A stretch of DNA of 64,000 bases from Camelus dromedarius. Its lineage: Eukaryota. This document shows, piece after piece, positions 48,661 through 61,730 of the stretch. The position numbers were made by a program, and so were the translations under genes. Positions within the stretch are counted from its first letter, which is position 1. Each line of letters begins with the position of its first letter. The notes under the pieces are model-generated. The model was not told the origin of the DNA, made no database searches, and saw nothing but the letters and a program-made list of their open reading frames with translations. The stretch is taken from NCBI RefSeq assembly GCF_036321535.1, contig NC_087438.1, positions 9,550,001 to 9,614,000 of the forward strand, read 5' to 3'.

Positions 48661-49825
48661 GTACTTTTTAAAATTATATATGTGTTTATAATTGATCAAA
48701 ATGTCATTCTTCATTGCATTCTGCGTCAGATTATTTGGTCCACTTTTTATTGCATTCATATCAAAATGCCTATTAAAGATGCTACAGCCCTGGAGGAAGA
48801 GAATAATTCTTCTTAATGAACCCAGGATACGTTATGTCTACTGCCCATGGCCAAACCAGCAGATAAGCCTTGAAATAATGTTTGGAGCAATTAGCCTCCA
48901 GAAAATGAATGCTCAACATCCAAATTAAGGCCAATAAATGACCATTATGAAGACCTCAAGTATCTTTGAAACATTGTCTATTTAAAATCGAACTATAACT
49001 ATGAAAATTTTAATGTATGGCAAAAAGTTTCTTTTTAATTGCAATACTTAGAAAGCACATTGAATTCTGTAGGAAAAAAATACAATCAAATTATGATATG
49101 TTTGTGTTTCCTCCTCTGAATCTACAGTTCCTTGCCTATAATTATCACATTTAAAGCGGTTTAGAGACTCAACCCTCAATGCGGTGAGGAAGCAGACTGT
49201 GAGGTGATGGAATTGTGTATACATGCCAGCTCCAAACTGCAAATGGTCAGGCTCAAGTATAGCATTTTTAATATCCTGATCCAACTGAAAAATAGATGTT
49301 ATGAAATAATTCTGCATCTGGCAATAGCATATTTTCCACATGGAATTCTCCATCAAATGTCGTGTAAGATGGCATTTCCCAATTGGTCTAATTTAGTCTA
49401 GGTTTCCTCTCACCCTTTGTTCTTTTGAGAAATGGCAGTCCCTTTGCAGTTTGTCTTTGATGGTGAGCTGCATCTTTTCCAGCAGCAGTGCATGGTTCTC
49501 CAAAATGTGTTAATCCTGGTGAGATTTACCTTTATCTCCTAGAGCCATCACTAAGTCATCATCCTCCTTCTGGCGTTTATCATTTTAATGAGGAGTCTTG
49601 GAGAGCAGCTAGTCAAAACAGACTTCCAGTTAGCACTTTTAAAATAGCTAATGCCAATCCACTGATCCTTCAATATTTAAAGGAATCTTACTGGGAAGAA
49701 TTTCTTGAGCCATTTTTAAAACTGCTGTAAAGGCTCAATTTCTCGCATTGACAAAAACAGAGTTGATTTAATCTAGTCACAACCTCTTTGGGATTCAATT
49801 TCTCTCTCTGGAAAATAAGACAGTG

Positions 49826-49884
49826 GTGTGTGTGTGTATGTGTGTGTGTGTGTGTGTGTATTGTGTGCTGTATGTGTGTTGTGC
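49826..49884. repeat. (TG)n microsatellite
   Basis: Directly visible. Confidence 0.9.
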
Positions 49885-52281
49885 ATTCATTATATCAAAC
49901 ACAGCCTAGGAGGATACATATGCCAACATGTTAGCAGTGATCCCCTTTGGGCAATGAGATGATGGGTGAATTTTTAAAATATCCTTTTCACAAATATATG
50001 ATACATTTAAGAAACTAAATAGTAACAAGTTCTAGCTTTGCACAACCTACTCTAAATCATAGACCCTTTAAATTATAACTATTCAATGAATTTATAAAAA
50101 TATATTAGTTTGTCTAGAAGGTTCTAAAGATCCATGATTTGGTAAAATAATAGGCTATATACACTTTTTATTATCCAAGAACAGTATTACAATTGGGGTT
50201 ATAAATTAGTTCCTACACATGCAGTTAAGGGTTCTGAATATTGAATAAAAAAATAAAATCCTATGTAAGTGGGCTAACCTTTAAAAAGAAAACAAATCAT
50301 TATACATATTGTCCAGAAAGAACAACAAAAATATCTTTCTTTTCTTTTTTCTTTAATGTCTCTAAGTTTACAGAAAATCATCTCAAAGTAAAATCTGCAT
50401 AAAGAAAGAATGTTTTTGGTATTATTTAGATTCAAGGGGATTTGGCAAATTCTATGCCTCTTTCTTGACAAGTTATGAACCAGCTTAAATTTAAGACAAA
50501 GCAGTAAGAGAGACAGACAAGCAAAATATTACCAGTATTGCTGATACAGCTAATATGGTGTAAAATAGTCTACGTCTGGTGTAAGCGAATTCCTAATGCT
50601 GAATCCCAGAGCTGGGCTGACTCACATCTGAGCCATCACAGGACTCCTGGATTCCAGGCCTGAGCCCCAGTGACAGGCCTTCCCTATTAAGCTGATGACA
50701 GCAGTGATGGAGAACACTGGATCTCAGTGGATAGGCCAATTTCCTAGAGAAAAAAGAGATGAAGTGGCCAAGGTACATGCAATCTCCTCTTCATACTAAA
50801 TTTTCTACTAAGGTACATTTAGGGAGAGGAATGGGGTGGGTGGAGAAGTCATGAGTATTACACAGGAAATAATACAGCAGGGATTCAAAACGGTCTCCTG
50901 CCAATCAAAGCAGGGATCTTTGTTCAGTATCCTGACACCACTGATGATTAAAATATTCCACATCCAGGAATTTTCCACCTACCTGCAGCTTACTCACTTA
51001 ACGTACGGTTGGGAGATTATTCTAAAATGTGTTTCACCCTTTCCCACTTTATTAAATGGAGGTTAGCAACGGTGATGGTAAGTTCTTCTGTTCTGAATCC
51101 GAACCCCCTTTGACATCTGCCATCGCTCCCAGGTTGCTGGGTACTTCAGCCAAGTGGCTGTCCTGGCAGCACAGGAAGGCTTACCTGGACCGGCCAATGT
51201 TCAAACTTCAAAGTCGTCCTCACCTCGAGCCCAGAGAGGTTTGTAGAACCAGGTCTCCCAGAGCCTATTCTCGGGGCCAGTCTTGGGTAACTTCAGTTTT
51301 CTAGCTTCTACTTCCTTTGCAGAAGACAAACCCAGCCCTAAACTGGGCCCCTTCCTAATGTCACCAATTGAAAGAAGAGAAAAAGATAAGAGAACATAGT
51401 TCCCCTCCCCCAAATAAAAAGAGTCCTCAATAAAGTTGCTTCTTATCAGGCTCTTAGATTCGTATCATTTCACTCCTCCAGCGAGGATGCTCATAGCCGT
51501 GGACTCAGAAACAGAGAAGGAGAAACTTCTCTTCCCTGGATGGTAGACTTTTTCTTTTTCCTCCTCATTTTTAGTTCTACAATGTCTCCATTTTCACCCT
51601 TGTTACCTACCAGGAGTCCTGCCTTCTGTGAGAGTAGGAGAAATAACAGAGGGTATAGAATCGCAGCCTTGCTTTTCCAAGGCCACTGTTAAAAGCATCC
51701 ATTCCTGTGACAGGTTATTTATGCTTTATGACTTAAACAGTGAGGCCTCGTGATAATACCGGGCAAATACACAAATCCAGACGAAGGTGGAATCAAATTC
51801 TTGCTCGACAGCTTAACGATGTGACCCAGATCGAATTAATTCAGTTCTTCACGGATGTTCTGTCCTCTTTTACAAAACAAAAGCACCATCCTGATGATTA
51901 GATGACGTGGCTTCGAGCATACAATAGAGCACTTGGCGTGGTACCTCTCTCCCCTCTCTGCTACTTTCAGTGGTTGTTGAAATAAGCAGGCTGTCTGCCT
52001 CTACACATAACAACCTCAGCAACACCAAATTTTTTTGTTCCTGCCTCCTCTTTTGTTGCCAGGTGTCATTTCTTGCCGGTGCTGTGTGTCCCTTCAGCTT
52101 CTAACCAGCGCCTCCGCTGGACATGGCTTTTGCTGACTGATGGCTGAGTGCCTCAGCCCTCCTCTCTTGAAGTAGAGCCATGGGCTTTGTGACAGGTTAT
52201 CGCTTTGTAGTGAATGTGTGTCAAATCCATGCTGCCCACTGCCTTTGAGCATCTTTCCTGTGTTTCATTAAGCCTCCTCAC

Positions 52282-52889
52282 TGGGCAGTGACTAAGGCAC
52301 TTTCTCAAATACAAACCAGCTCTTCTGTCATTCTGTTTTGCGATGAAGATCCAAGATTCGCTAAACCAAACATATACTTTGCCTGCTGCTCCCTGTTGGG
52401 TTTTGCCAAAGGAAGCTCTAGAGGGAAACTGCAAAGCTTGAGGATGGAAAAAGAGCATTGTCCCATCCTGTGTGACGTCTGCTCCAGTTAGCCTCGCTCA
52501 AGCAACCTTCTTCACCACGGCAACAGACCCTGATTCTGGTGCTGCCCTTGGTTCTAGTCTGCAGTTTTTCCAATGCCTGCACAACTGGCCTCATTGCTCT
52601 GCCTCGGAGACACAGTAAACACCAATCAGCCAGCATCCCCTCCAGGAACCTGGGTCCTCACCCAAAGGGACCCATCCTCTACGCATCTAAGTTTCAATAA
52701 CTCCAACCTCTTCCTTTGGTTCCCAAACCCTAGAGGTGGTCCCCTTTCCTGCAACTGCTACTCTGTAATACATTCCTGGGATTTTTTTTCCCTCGATAAT
52801 TCCTTATATCTAGTTAGCCACTCTTTGTGCTAAAATATCTGTTAAAATTACTGATGTGATTGCTCAGTTCTAGCAGGACCCTGACAGAT
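52282..52889 (+). mobile_element. Old ERVL LTR (LTR33/LTR41-like)
   Basis: ctttgcctgctgctccctgttgggttttgccaaaggaagc..cctagaggtggt..ttcctgcaactgcta..ggaccctgacagata. Confidence 0.65.
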
Positions 52890-53305
52890 AAATCCATATC
52901 ACAAGTTCTGCCTCTCCCAAGGGAGGGCCCAGAACTCACTTGTTCAGGGCTCATGACAGCTAGAACACAGACCTGCATTCATCCTATCTGCTGGCACTCA
53001 TGTCACCAGTTGACTGTACCCTGTAATATTCAGAAGAGAGCAATCAGGGATATCAGTTATAATCCTTTGGATTAGAAATAAGATACATAGAAAAAAGTCT
53101 GGTGCCCTTTATTTTTTTAACAGATTTATTGAAGTAGAATTGAAATACAAAAACCTGCGCATTTAGTGTATATAATTAACGGCAACCTTTAGTGTTCAAC
53201 AAATGCAGATACTACTCCTGAAATACTGTGAGTATATTAAACTTGATGTAAGATCTTTGAGGGTAAGACCCACGTTCTGAACCTGCTCTGTATCTCAAGC
53301 ATGAT

Positions 53306-53698
53306 TGCTGTAGTCTGCTCAGGCTGCTGTGACATAATTCCACAGACTGGGTGGCTTAAACAATGCACGTTTATTTTCTCACAGTTCTAGAGGCCGGTAG
53401 TCCAAGGTCAAGGTGTGGGCAGGATTGGTTTCAAATGAGATCTCGCTCCTTAGCTTGCAGGTGGCATCTGCTCATTCTGTCTTCACATGGCCTTTCCTCT
53501 GTGCGCACATGGAAAGAGACAGATCTCTGGTTTCTCATTCTCTTCTTATAAGGACACCAGTCCTGCTGAACTAGGGCCCCATTCCTATGACCTCATTTAA
53601 CATTAATTACCTCCTTAAACACCCCATCACCAAATACAACCACATTGGTAGTTGGTGCTTCCATGTATGAATTTGGGAAGTTAATTCAGTTCATGGCA
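53306..53698 (-). mobile_element. Full-length MLT1A-like solo LTR
   Basis: TG..CA termini; ccacagactgggtggcttaaacaa..tttctcacagttctagaggc..atgacctcatttaac..tatgaatttggg. Flanks atgat/ttgat. Confidence 0.88.
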
Positions 53699-55167
53699 TT
53701 GATTGTACATGAATTGAGGGGGGACGAGGGTGTTGTCTAAAATCTGTGGGGATTCTATCTGTAAATTAACAGATATGGAGTGATTAGGAAAATTCTTATT
53801 TTCAAATTTCTTATTTTCAAAATTCTACTAATTTCAGTATATTAGACCTTCTACCTTCTTCCCCACGCCATACCAAATAATTTTCTTCCCTTAGAGATTA
53901 GTTTGGGATCCATATCACCAACACATGATTTGACATCACTTTTCTGGAAGGATGATGGCTTTCCAAAGATTGACTATGAAGTATTTTCCATATCCTTTTA
54001 GCAGGTCAGAAGTAAAATTTAATGGCTTCATGTAATTTACAGTCCTCCTACCATGTGCTCAAAATGAGTAGCCTGGGTTGACTCGTCTGGCTGTGAATAC
54101 TTGTCCTGAATAGTTCCTGAAATTACTGAAAAGTACCACTGTCTATTGTGGGAAATGCATTCTTATGATTACAGCCCTACTTCAGGTGCCATTATGTGGT
54201 GTTTGTCAATGTGAGGTGTCTCCTTAATTAATTCTTTTTGAGCTTTCAAATATGTACCAAGGGATGCCATCAGTAGGAAGAAGGAAAACAATTTATCCAA
54301 TGTAAAATGGGGATAATTCCCACCCCTGCCGGTTTCATGAAGCTTAAAATGAAAACGTAGACACACTGAAAGCTCTGGCACATTTAAATTGAAGATAAAT
54401 CTTAGGGTGTATATTTTGCAACTGAAAAGTATGATGAAATTGTATTTCTGGCAAAGCAGGAGAAAGAATGATGGCCTAATTTTATTAATTGTGTTTTTCT
54501 TAAAGATAAGGCTCTTTTTTGCCATCATTGTAAAGTTGCCATGACAATTCAAGAAAATCAAATCTCCCCAGGACTGAATGATTTATTAAGATGAGGGCAA
54601 AGAGTAAAGGTAGTGGGCACATTGGAATCACAGCCCCTGGGCATTACCATGAAAGAGATACGTTTTGCCCCTTAAGGATGCGACTGCCTATTGTGTTACC
54701 AACAGAAAGTTCTGCTTGCTATAAAGGTCACCAATTTTACAGCTATTGCCTTGGCTGGGACAAGTGCAATGCAATGATCAGATTACAAACTTATGAGTCA
54801 GTTAAACAACTTATTGGCTTAAAATTAGTTTAAAAAGTGCAGGTACTAAATAGTAATTCAGGTAAGAGGGAAGCAATGCAAAAAAAACCTCATTTAGTCT
54901 TTTAGCTGGCTCGGCACCCTGGCCTCTTTCAGCCCCAGCACACCCAGAGGTCCACGCCTGGCACAAGTAGTTACCTACTATTCATCACTGGGGTTTCAGT
55001 TAAGATATATTTTTCTCTGGAAAAAGTGTTCTGGCAACCACAATCTAGGAGAGGAATGGGGCCCCGCAGTCCCCTGTTTGGTTCGCACCGTTATGGGTCT
55101 TCCAACTTGTCTGAATCACCCTCTGGACTGTAAGCTTTATGAAAAAAAGGAACGTGTGTCTTTTCCT

Positions 55168-56545
55168 TCATTTATTCATTCGTTATTCAGAGAGCTGGTA
55201 GATATTTATTAAGCATGTGTTTTGTGCCACAAGCTGTTCTAGAAACAGGGATACCACAGTGAAAAAACTGAAAGTCCCTGACCTTACTAAACTTGCATTC
55301 TAATTGGAAAGGCAAAAATAAATAAACAAACACATATGCCATACAAGCTCTTAAGCAATTTACGAAGTAAGATGAGAGAAAATAATGAGGACATTATTTC
55401 ATTCAAGGTGAGTGGTCAGAAAAGCCCTCACTGAGGAAGCAGGAGAGAGACGCGTGTGGTTACCTGGAGGAAGAGCTTTCCAGGCAGATGGAAAACCAGG
55501 TACAATGACGCCCAGACAGGAGCAGGCTCCACAGGCTGAAGGCGTGGCAAGAAGGCCAGTGTGATGTGAGAACAAGAAACAAGGAGAAGAATGGTAGAAG
55601 GAAGGCAGAGCGGAGCTCAGGGAACAGACCACATGGAGCCCTGAGGACCATGACGAAGATATTGAATTTTATTCCGGGGGTGATGATAAGACCTTGTATA
55701 TTTTTTCCTGGCTAAAGATAGGTGAAGTGTGGGAAAAGGAGACCCCTCAAGAAGTTATTACAGGAGTCCAAGCAAGAAGGGATAATGGCCTGGAATAGAA
55801 TGATAGGAGCAAGACCCATGAGAAGCAGCCAGATTTGGGATATATTTTAAAGGTAGAGCCAATGGCATTGCTGATAAACTGACAGAGGAATATAAGGGAA
55901 AGTAGGAATTAAAAATGGCTCCAAGGTTTTGAGTTTGAGTAACTAGATGGACAAAGATGCCATTTTCTGAGATGAGGAACCCTGGGGAGGGATCAGGTTC
56001 AGAGAAGGAGAAGAGCATCAGTTCTATCTTGAAAATGTTAGGTCTGAGAGTCCTATTAATATCCAGATAGAGATAGGAAATGGGCGATTGAACGTCCATG
56101 ATTGGCCCTGGGGAAATGCATGTATGAACCAGGAGAAGTTAGAGGGCACTAAAAGCCACTGGTTTGAGATTACCTAGATCAGGATCTACAAACACCAGTT
56201 TGTGGTCAAATCAGGACACCTCCCTGTTTTGATAAAAACACGCTATTGGAACACAGTCACATTCATATGTTCCTGTATTGTCTATGGGTACTTTTTTGCT
56301 ATAATGGCAGAGTTGAATTGTTGTGACAGAGACAGTGTGGCCTGCAAAAGCCTGAAATATTTACTGTCCAGGCATTTATAGAAAGAAACTGTCAACTTCT
56401 GATCTAGAGATAAGTAGAGATGAAGACAGGAGGTCTGAGGACCTGACGGTGGGATCTTCCAGCATCTAAGAAGTCAGTGAGAACAGGAGGATATAGGAAA
56501 AAAAAAAAAAGAAAAGAAAAGAAAACAGAAGGACCAGTGGTGAGA
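55168..56545 (-). mobile_element. L2 3' portion, interrupted by MER58A
   Basis: Starts at the L2 tail (catttattcattc..atatttattaagc). Minus ORF 55758 (LYLDINRTLRPNIFKIELMLF) resembles the L2 ORF2 end. Confidence 0.85.
56180..56401. mobile_element. MER58A (hAT-Charlie), full length
   Basis: CAGG..CTG termini; tattggaacacagtcacattcat..atggcagagttgaattgttgtgacagagac..aaatatttact. The 8-bp flanks acctagat/atctagag fit the Charlie NTCTAGAN target. Confidence 0.88.
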
Positions 56546-57725
56546 AAGTAGGAGATTTTTTTTCAGTTACATCCTTCACACCTAGGACAGAGCCTGCCTG
56601 GGGAAGTTGTCGAAGAATATTGATGGATGTCAGACTAATGGATAAATAAGGTGATGGTATTAATTTTTTAAATGTTTAAAAATGTTTTGCCTTCCAGTCT
56701 GCCAGCACTTCAATATGATTCCATGATAAAAGATTCTGAGGCTACCAAGAAGTTTTCAGAGGAAAAATAATATTTTTAAACTCATCTATGGGTAAGATAA
56801 AAACAGCAGGCTCCCGAGTCAACTTTTAGTCTTCTATATTTCCTTCCTGATCCTAAAAATAGGTTCTGTATATTTTTATTGCAGGATCCAAAACAGAGAA
56901 GAGATTGACCAAAATGAAAGGGCTCAAACTAGCACTGCTCTCCACATTCTACCACTGGAGAAGATGGGCATTTCAAAAGCCAATTTGTGTAGTGTAATTT
57001 ATTCCAGCTGCCCCACGGAAATAAGTAATACTCTTCGGCCCTCTCATATTGAAAGATTTTTTTTTAAAGCTGGACAAGCATTTCTCACATCTTTCAGCTG
57101 CATTAGATATCTAAGAGAAAAATCTGTCACCCTGGGAAGCTATGCACTCTGCTTCCCAGGATCAAGCTTATCACCAAATGTTCTGTGCAGCAGGTGACCT
57201 CTCTCCCTGCCTTCAGCTGATAGCCTTTCTGAAAAGTGAGGCTTTATGAGAGTAAGGGTCAATAGGAAGGGGGATCCCAGTTGGGTACCCCTTCAATCTT
57301 TTGTGAGCAATCTCGGTGTAATATCCTTCCAAACTTTCTACAAGATGTAAGGAAATATATTCAATGTCAACAGTAATAATCATCAAGCTGCACTGAGCAG
57401 CCTCCTTGCTAAACTGTCTCAGGAAATCCTCCCAATAGCCTTTGGAAAAAAAGGTTATTTTCTTTTTATAAAGAAGGTAATTTAGACTCAGACACACATG
57501 ATAAACTTGTTCACTACAACCCAACTTGTATCACAAAGAGCTAGACTTTTACTCTGAAGTTCTGTATTTGGTGTGTTGTTGTTGTTTTTACATCACCCCA
57601 TGCTTCCACAAGGCCCACTCCTGAGCTATAAATGAGCTGAAAAGAAAACAGACAAGGTTTCCAAGGAATGAATTAAACCATGTAAGTATCCTCTCAACAC
57701 ATAGGTCCCATTACCTTCTGACTTG

Positions 57726-58083
57726 TGCTAAAAAATAAACTAAGATGTGTTAAAATGTTCAAGCTTCTTTGAGCATGCATAGATTCAAATAAGGCAATGC
57801 CAAACCAAATGTTGTTGAGTGCTCCACCAACAGGAGCAAAGGAAGGTCTTACTGAGATATGAAAGCAAAGCAAGGAAGTTATTTGATTGGCTGTAGCTTA
57901 AGTAGTTGCTTTATTGAGGGAAGTCTATTGGCTGCTTGTGATTGGTTGTTCTTAAGTTTCATTTTTCCTGAATTCAAGTGCACTGACTCTGGCTTAGGTT
58001 TTGCACTGGCACCTGCTTCTGTAGCCTACCAAGGCTTTAGAGCTGCCTGCATCGAATGGCCTCCTTGTTTAATTACTCTAGCA
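57726..58083 (-). mobile_element. ERV1-class solo LTR with perfect 4-bp TSD CTTG
   Basis: TGCTA..TAGCA inverted termini, CTTG at 57722-57725 and 58084-58087, and three ATTGG (CCAAT) boxes. Confidence 0.78.
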
Positions 58084-58981
58084 CTTGCTTGGGTAGAGAT
58101 AAAGCCACCCCAAGTTATAAGATCCAATGCCAATAAATGTACTGGTAATTAACTTAAGCAGTTTTTGAGACCCAGACAAACCATCAATTCAGTTTGATTG
58201 GATAAGATCAAATAACAGTGCCTGATTTAAAAATCACGCATGGTTACATTGATAAGCATTTATTTCCACTGAAAGTCATGCCAAGTAAATATTATCAACC
58301 AAAAAAAAACTTCAGGGTACATTTCCTCAATCTTTACTAATTATTCTGTTTACTAAGTGAAAACCAAAATTCTTATCCAGAACAAGCACTTTCTAAAAAA
58401 TATCTTGTACTTTGCAGCATTTTTCATGTACAGTAGCAGATGTCTCACCTGATAGTCATTGGCAAAACTTTTTATCTTTAATCTTCAGGTTTAAATCCTG
58501 CCATGCTGTTTTTTAATCATCATTTAACTTCTGTTCTTACTGTTTCATTTATCCTACAGTGCAGAGTGGAGCTGTGAGATTTTGCAAACAATATTCCCTT
58601 GTGTGTATTCATTTTAAAAAAAGGAAAAAAATACTTCCTTATGTTTTTCCAACTTCTAAACTAATCCAAGGTACCTGCTTGCTCCCCAGCCTCAAGAAAT
58701 ACAATTTTGTAGATCTGTCTCTTAACACAATAGATTTTCTTCAATATTCCTCATGTATTTATCAGTTTCCAGTCAACAGTGGTTAAAAGAAAAGAAACAT
58801 GGACTCTCTCCTCTCTTCTCTATTCTATTAGATTTTGTTAAATTCATTATAATTCTACAAGACTTCATCAGGAATCTATAATGTGCTTTGCATAGGGATA
58901 GGCAAGTTGGTGGGTAAGAAATATGTACACTTTTTATCTATACATACACATATATTTATATACAGACATACAGATATGTTT

Positions 58982-59323
58982 TGCTGTAGACAATGTTTTT
59001 GTCCTTGCAAAAATTACATGTTGAAATCTGATCCCCAATGCGATGGTATTAGGAGGTGGGGCATTTGGGAGGTGATTAGGTCATCAGGAAGAAGCCCTCA
59101 AGAACGCAATTAGTGCCCTTATATAAAAGACTCCACAGACCACCCTTGCCCCTTCTGCCATCGGAGGACACAGAGAAGAGCAGCCACTTGTAAGCCAGGA
59201 AGCAGGTCCCTACCAGACACCAAATCTGCCAGTGCCTTGATCTTAGATTTAACCAGACTCCAGAACTCTGAGAGATAAACATTTATTGTATTTTTCTTAC
59301 AGCAACCCAAATGAACTAAGATA
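58982..59323 (+). mobile_element. MLT1A0-like solo LTR
   Basis: gatggtattaggaggtggggcatttgggaggtgattaggtcat..ccagacaccaaatctgccagtgccttgatctt..gaactaagata. Confidence 0.88.
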
Positions 59324-59492
59324 GAAAATTCTTTATATATAAAATAATAGATTGCAACAATTTGAAGTTGTAATAGAGATGCTCAGCTACTTCCATAAAC
59401 TGGGTTTAAAAAAAAAAATACTGATTACTCTTCTGGAAAGTCATCTTCTTTAGAGTACTTAGCTGAGACTGGAAGAGGCTATCTACCAATCT

Positions 59493-59962
59493 CTAGCAGG
59501 CAGAATAGTGGCCCTCCCAAAGATGTCCACATCCTAATTCCTGGACTCTGTGGATTCAGATGTGATTAAATTTAGAATTTTAAGATTGAGGACGTTATCC
59601 TGGATTATCTGTCACCACAAGAGTTCATATAAGAGGGAAGTAGGAGGCTGAGTCAAGATGTGATGATGACAGTCAAGAGGGAAAAGACAATGTGGCAACA
59701 GAAGCAGAAAGAGAAAGATTGGAAGATTCTATGCTACTGGCTTTGAGGATGGAGGTTGGGCCACAAGCCAAGGAATGCTGGTATGCTTTAAACTCTAGAA
59801 AAGACACGGATTGGATTCTCCCCTGGAATGTCCAGAAGGAACACAGTCCTGCCAACTATTTTTAGAATTCTAACCTCCAGAGATATTATGGTAATAAATC
59901 TGTGTTGTTTCAAGCCACTGAGTTTGTGGTATCTTGTTATACCAGCAGTAGAAACTGAATAT
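59493..59962 (+). mobile_element. MLT1D-like LTR
   Basis: aggcagaatagtggccctcccaaagatgtccacatcctaattcctgga..gattctcccctggaatgtccagaaggaacac..aagccactgagtttgtggta. Confidence 0.85.
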
Positions 59963-60729
59963 GTCTACCAGATTGATTCTGACAATTAATAAAGTGACAA
60001 GTGTCATAATCAGATAGTCTTGACAATAAAGACCCATGTGCATAAAAGAAAACAAACTTCCCCTGATGTCCATTGCTGTAAGCTGGTGTCTCATTACTGT
60101 TGCTATTATCATGTTATGTGGTGGTCTCATCCTTCTGTGGTTCTGTAGGTGTTGGGTTGGGTCTCCAGTGGCAGAGTATATGAGTTGACTGGACAGGAGA
60201 AATCATTCCCAGGTTAAACATGTGAGTTTAGACAGGTCTTCAATGCTGTGAGGGCAGGAAAAAGAATCCAGTATCTCACCCTTGATTTGGACTCTGGGGT
60301 GACTAACCAAGGCAACAAGACTAAAGTGAGATTACTCCTGTAAAATCATGCTAGAGGCCAGCAAAGGAAGGACTTGGGAGTATGTGATTTCTCCCAGGAC
60401 CCCAACCTGGAATACTTTATAAATGCATTTACCTGTCTCTCTTACCTACCAGTAAACTAAAGGGAAAAAATAGCATTTTCTCAGGTAATCTATACATTAT
60501 TTAAGCAGGAGCTACACAGATATTTATATGAGTGGTCATCGTTCCAAATTAGGACCAGAATTTTAAAGGAAAGTCCAGCCAGACTGCAGGAACAGCGACT
60601 CAAGACCAATCCCAAGGAGAAGGTGACTTTCAGGGATTTAGTCGAGGCCAGGGGAGTAAGTGCTCTTTTCTTTCAGCTCATTTTTCCCTCTGACAACCTT
60701 GGTGATGCCAGCTTTGTTCTTACCGAGAA

Positions 60730-61730
60730 GAGCAGCATTTCATGGTAGCACAACGAGTGCTGTGGGAGAGCAGGAGGTACAATCAGCATGGACTGAAAAA
60801 TTGTTTAAGGGAATCAGGAAGACATGAACCAAGTCTGAAAAGGCATAAAGATCGGGATAGGTAAAGAGGAGGAGGGAGACTGTTCTGGGCAGAGAGCTGC
60901 ATGTGAATATAAGAAAGGCAGCGGGATATATCCCCTTGTGTCCCTGGAGGCCAGTAGGCTGATTGGAGTGGGAATTAAGTCAGGACCAGATAGGACTGTA
61001 ACAGGCAGAGGTTGAGAGAGAAAGACAGCATGGATTAGAATATAGACCGGTCTCAGAGGGAAAGGTTGGCAAAGCAATTCGGTTATGAAGAGTAAGGATT
61101 GCTCGGCAAGCCTGGTAGAAGTGAGAATGGAGTAGAAGAAGAGATGAACTTGAGAATTAGTACGTAGAAGAAAATCTGCTACAACTCAGAAGTAAAATGG
61201 ATTTAAAAAAAGAAATAAATGGCTGTGCCTTGACCAAATATGAAGAATTTAATAAGGTGGGTATATTCACTTACTAAGGCTGCCATAGCCAAGTGTCACA
61301 GACTGGGTGGCTTAAACAACAGAAATTTATTTTGTCACAATCCTGCAGGCTGGCAGTCCACGATCTAGGAGTCAGCAGGGTCTGAGGTCTCTCTCCATGT
61401 CTTACAGATGGCCGTCTTCTCCCTGTGTCTTCACAGGGTCTTCCTTCTTTGTCTGTGTCCTAACTTGCTCTTCTTATAAGAACACCATCTTATTGTATAG
61501 CGCCTATCCTAATGATCTTATTTTAACTTAATGACTTCTTTAAAGATCCTACCTCCAAATACAGTCACACACTGAGGTGCCAGGGGTTAGGACCTCAACA
61601 TACGAATTTGAGGGGACACAACTCAACCCATGACAGCAAGGGTGGACTCGGGAGAGGGAGGGAGAAGACGATAAATTAAGTTTGGAATATGTTGAATTAA
61701 GGGAATATCAAGACATTCTCCTTCAATGTC
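60730..61730 (-). mobile_element. L2 fragments split by an MLT1 LTR
   Basis: Purine-rich antisense L2 text on both sides of 61262-61635 (ggaggccagtaggctgattggagtg.. / ..gtttggaatatgttgaatt). Confidence 0.55.
61262..61635 (-). mobile_element. MLT1B-like solo LTR
   Basis: ggctgccatagccaagtgtcacagactgggtggcttaaacaacagaaatttatt..ctccaaatacagtcacacactgagg..ggacacaactcaacccatgaca. Confidence 0.88.

Larger units (their letters stand above)
39785..51300 (-). ncRNA. Putative spliced, polyadenylated lncRNA-like transcript; exons ~51300-51185, 47192-46955, 44222-44112, 40432-~39785
   Basis: Donors CAG|GTAAGC (51185), CAA|GTAAGC (46955) and TCT|GTGAGT (44112). Acceptors atctttctccctttccag (47193), ctgttcctgtacctgtag (44223) and cttaattttgtttttccaaaag (40433). 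AATAAA at 39809-39804 with a U-rich downstream tract. Motif inference only. Confidence 0.35.

Noticed and set aside
52105..52121. Second CTCF site (CCAGCGGAGGCGC on the minus strand)
   Set aside because: The spacing is one base short of the CTCF core; it is only a short inverted repeat.
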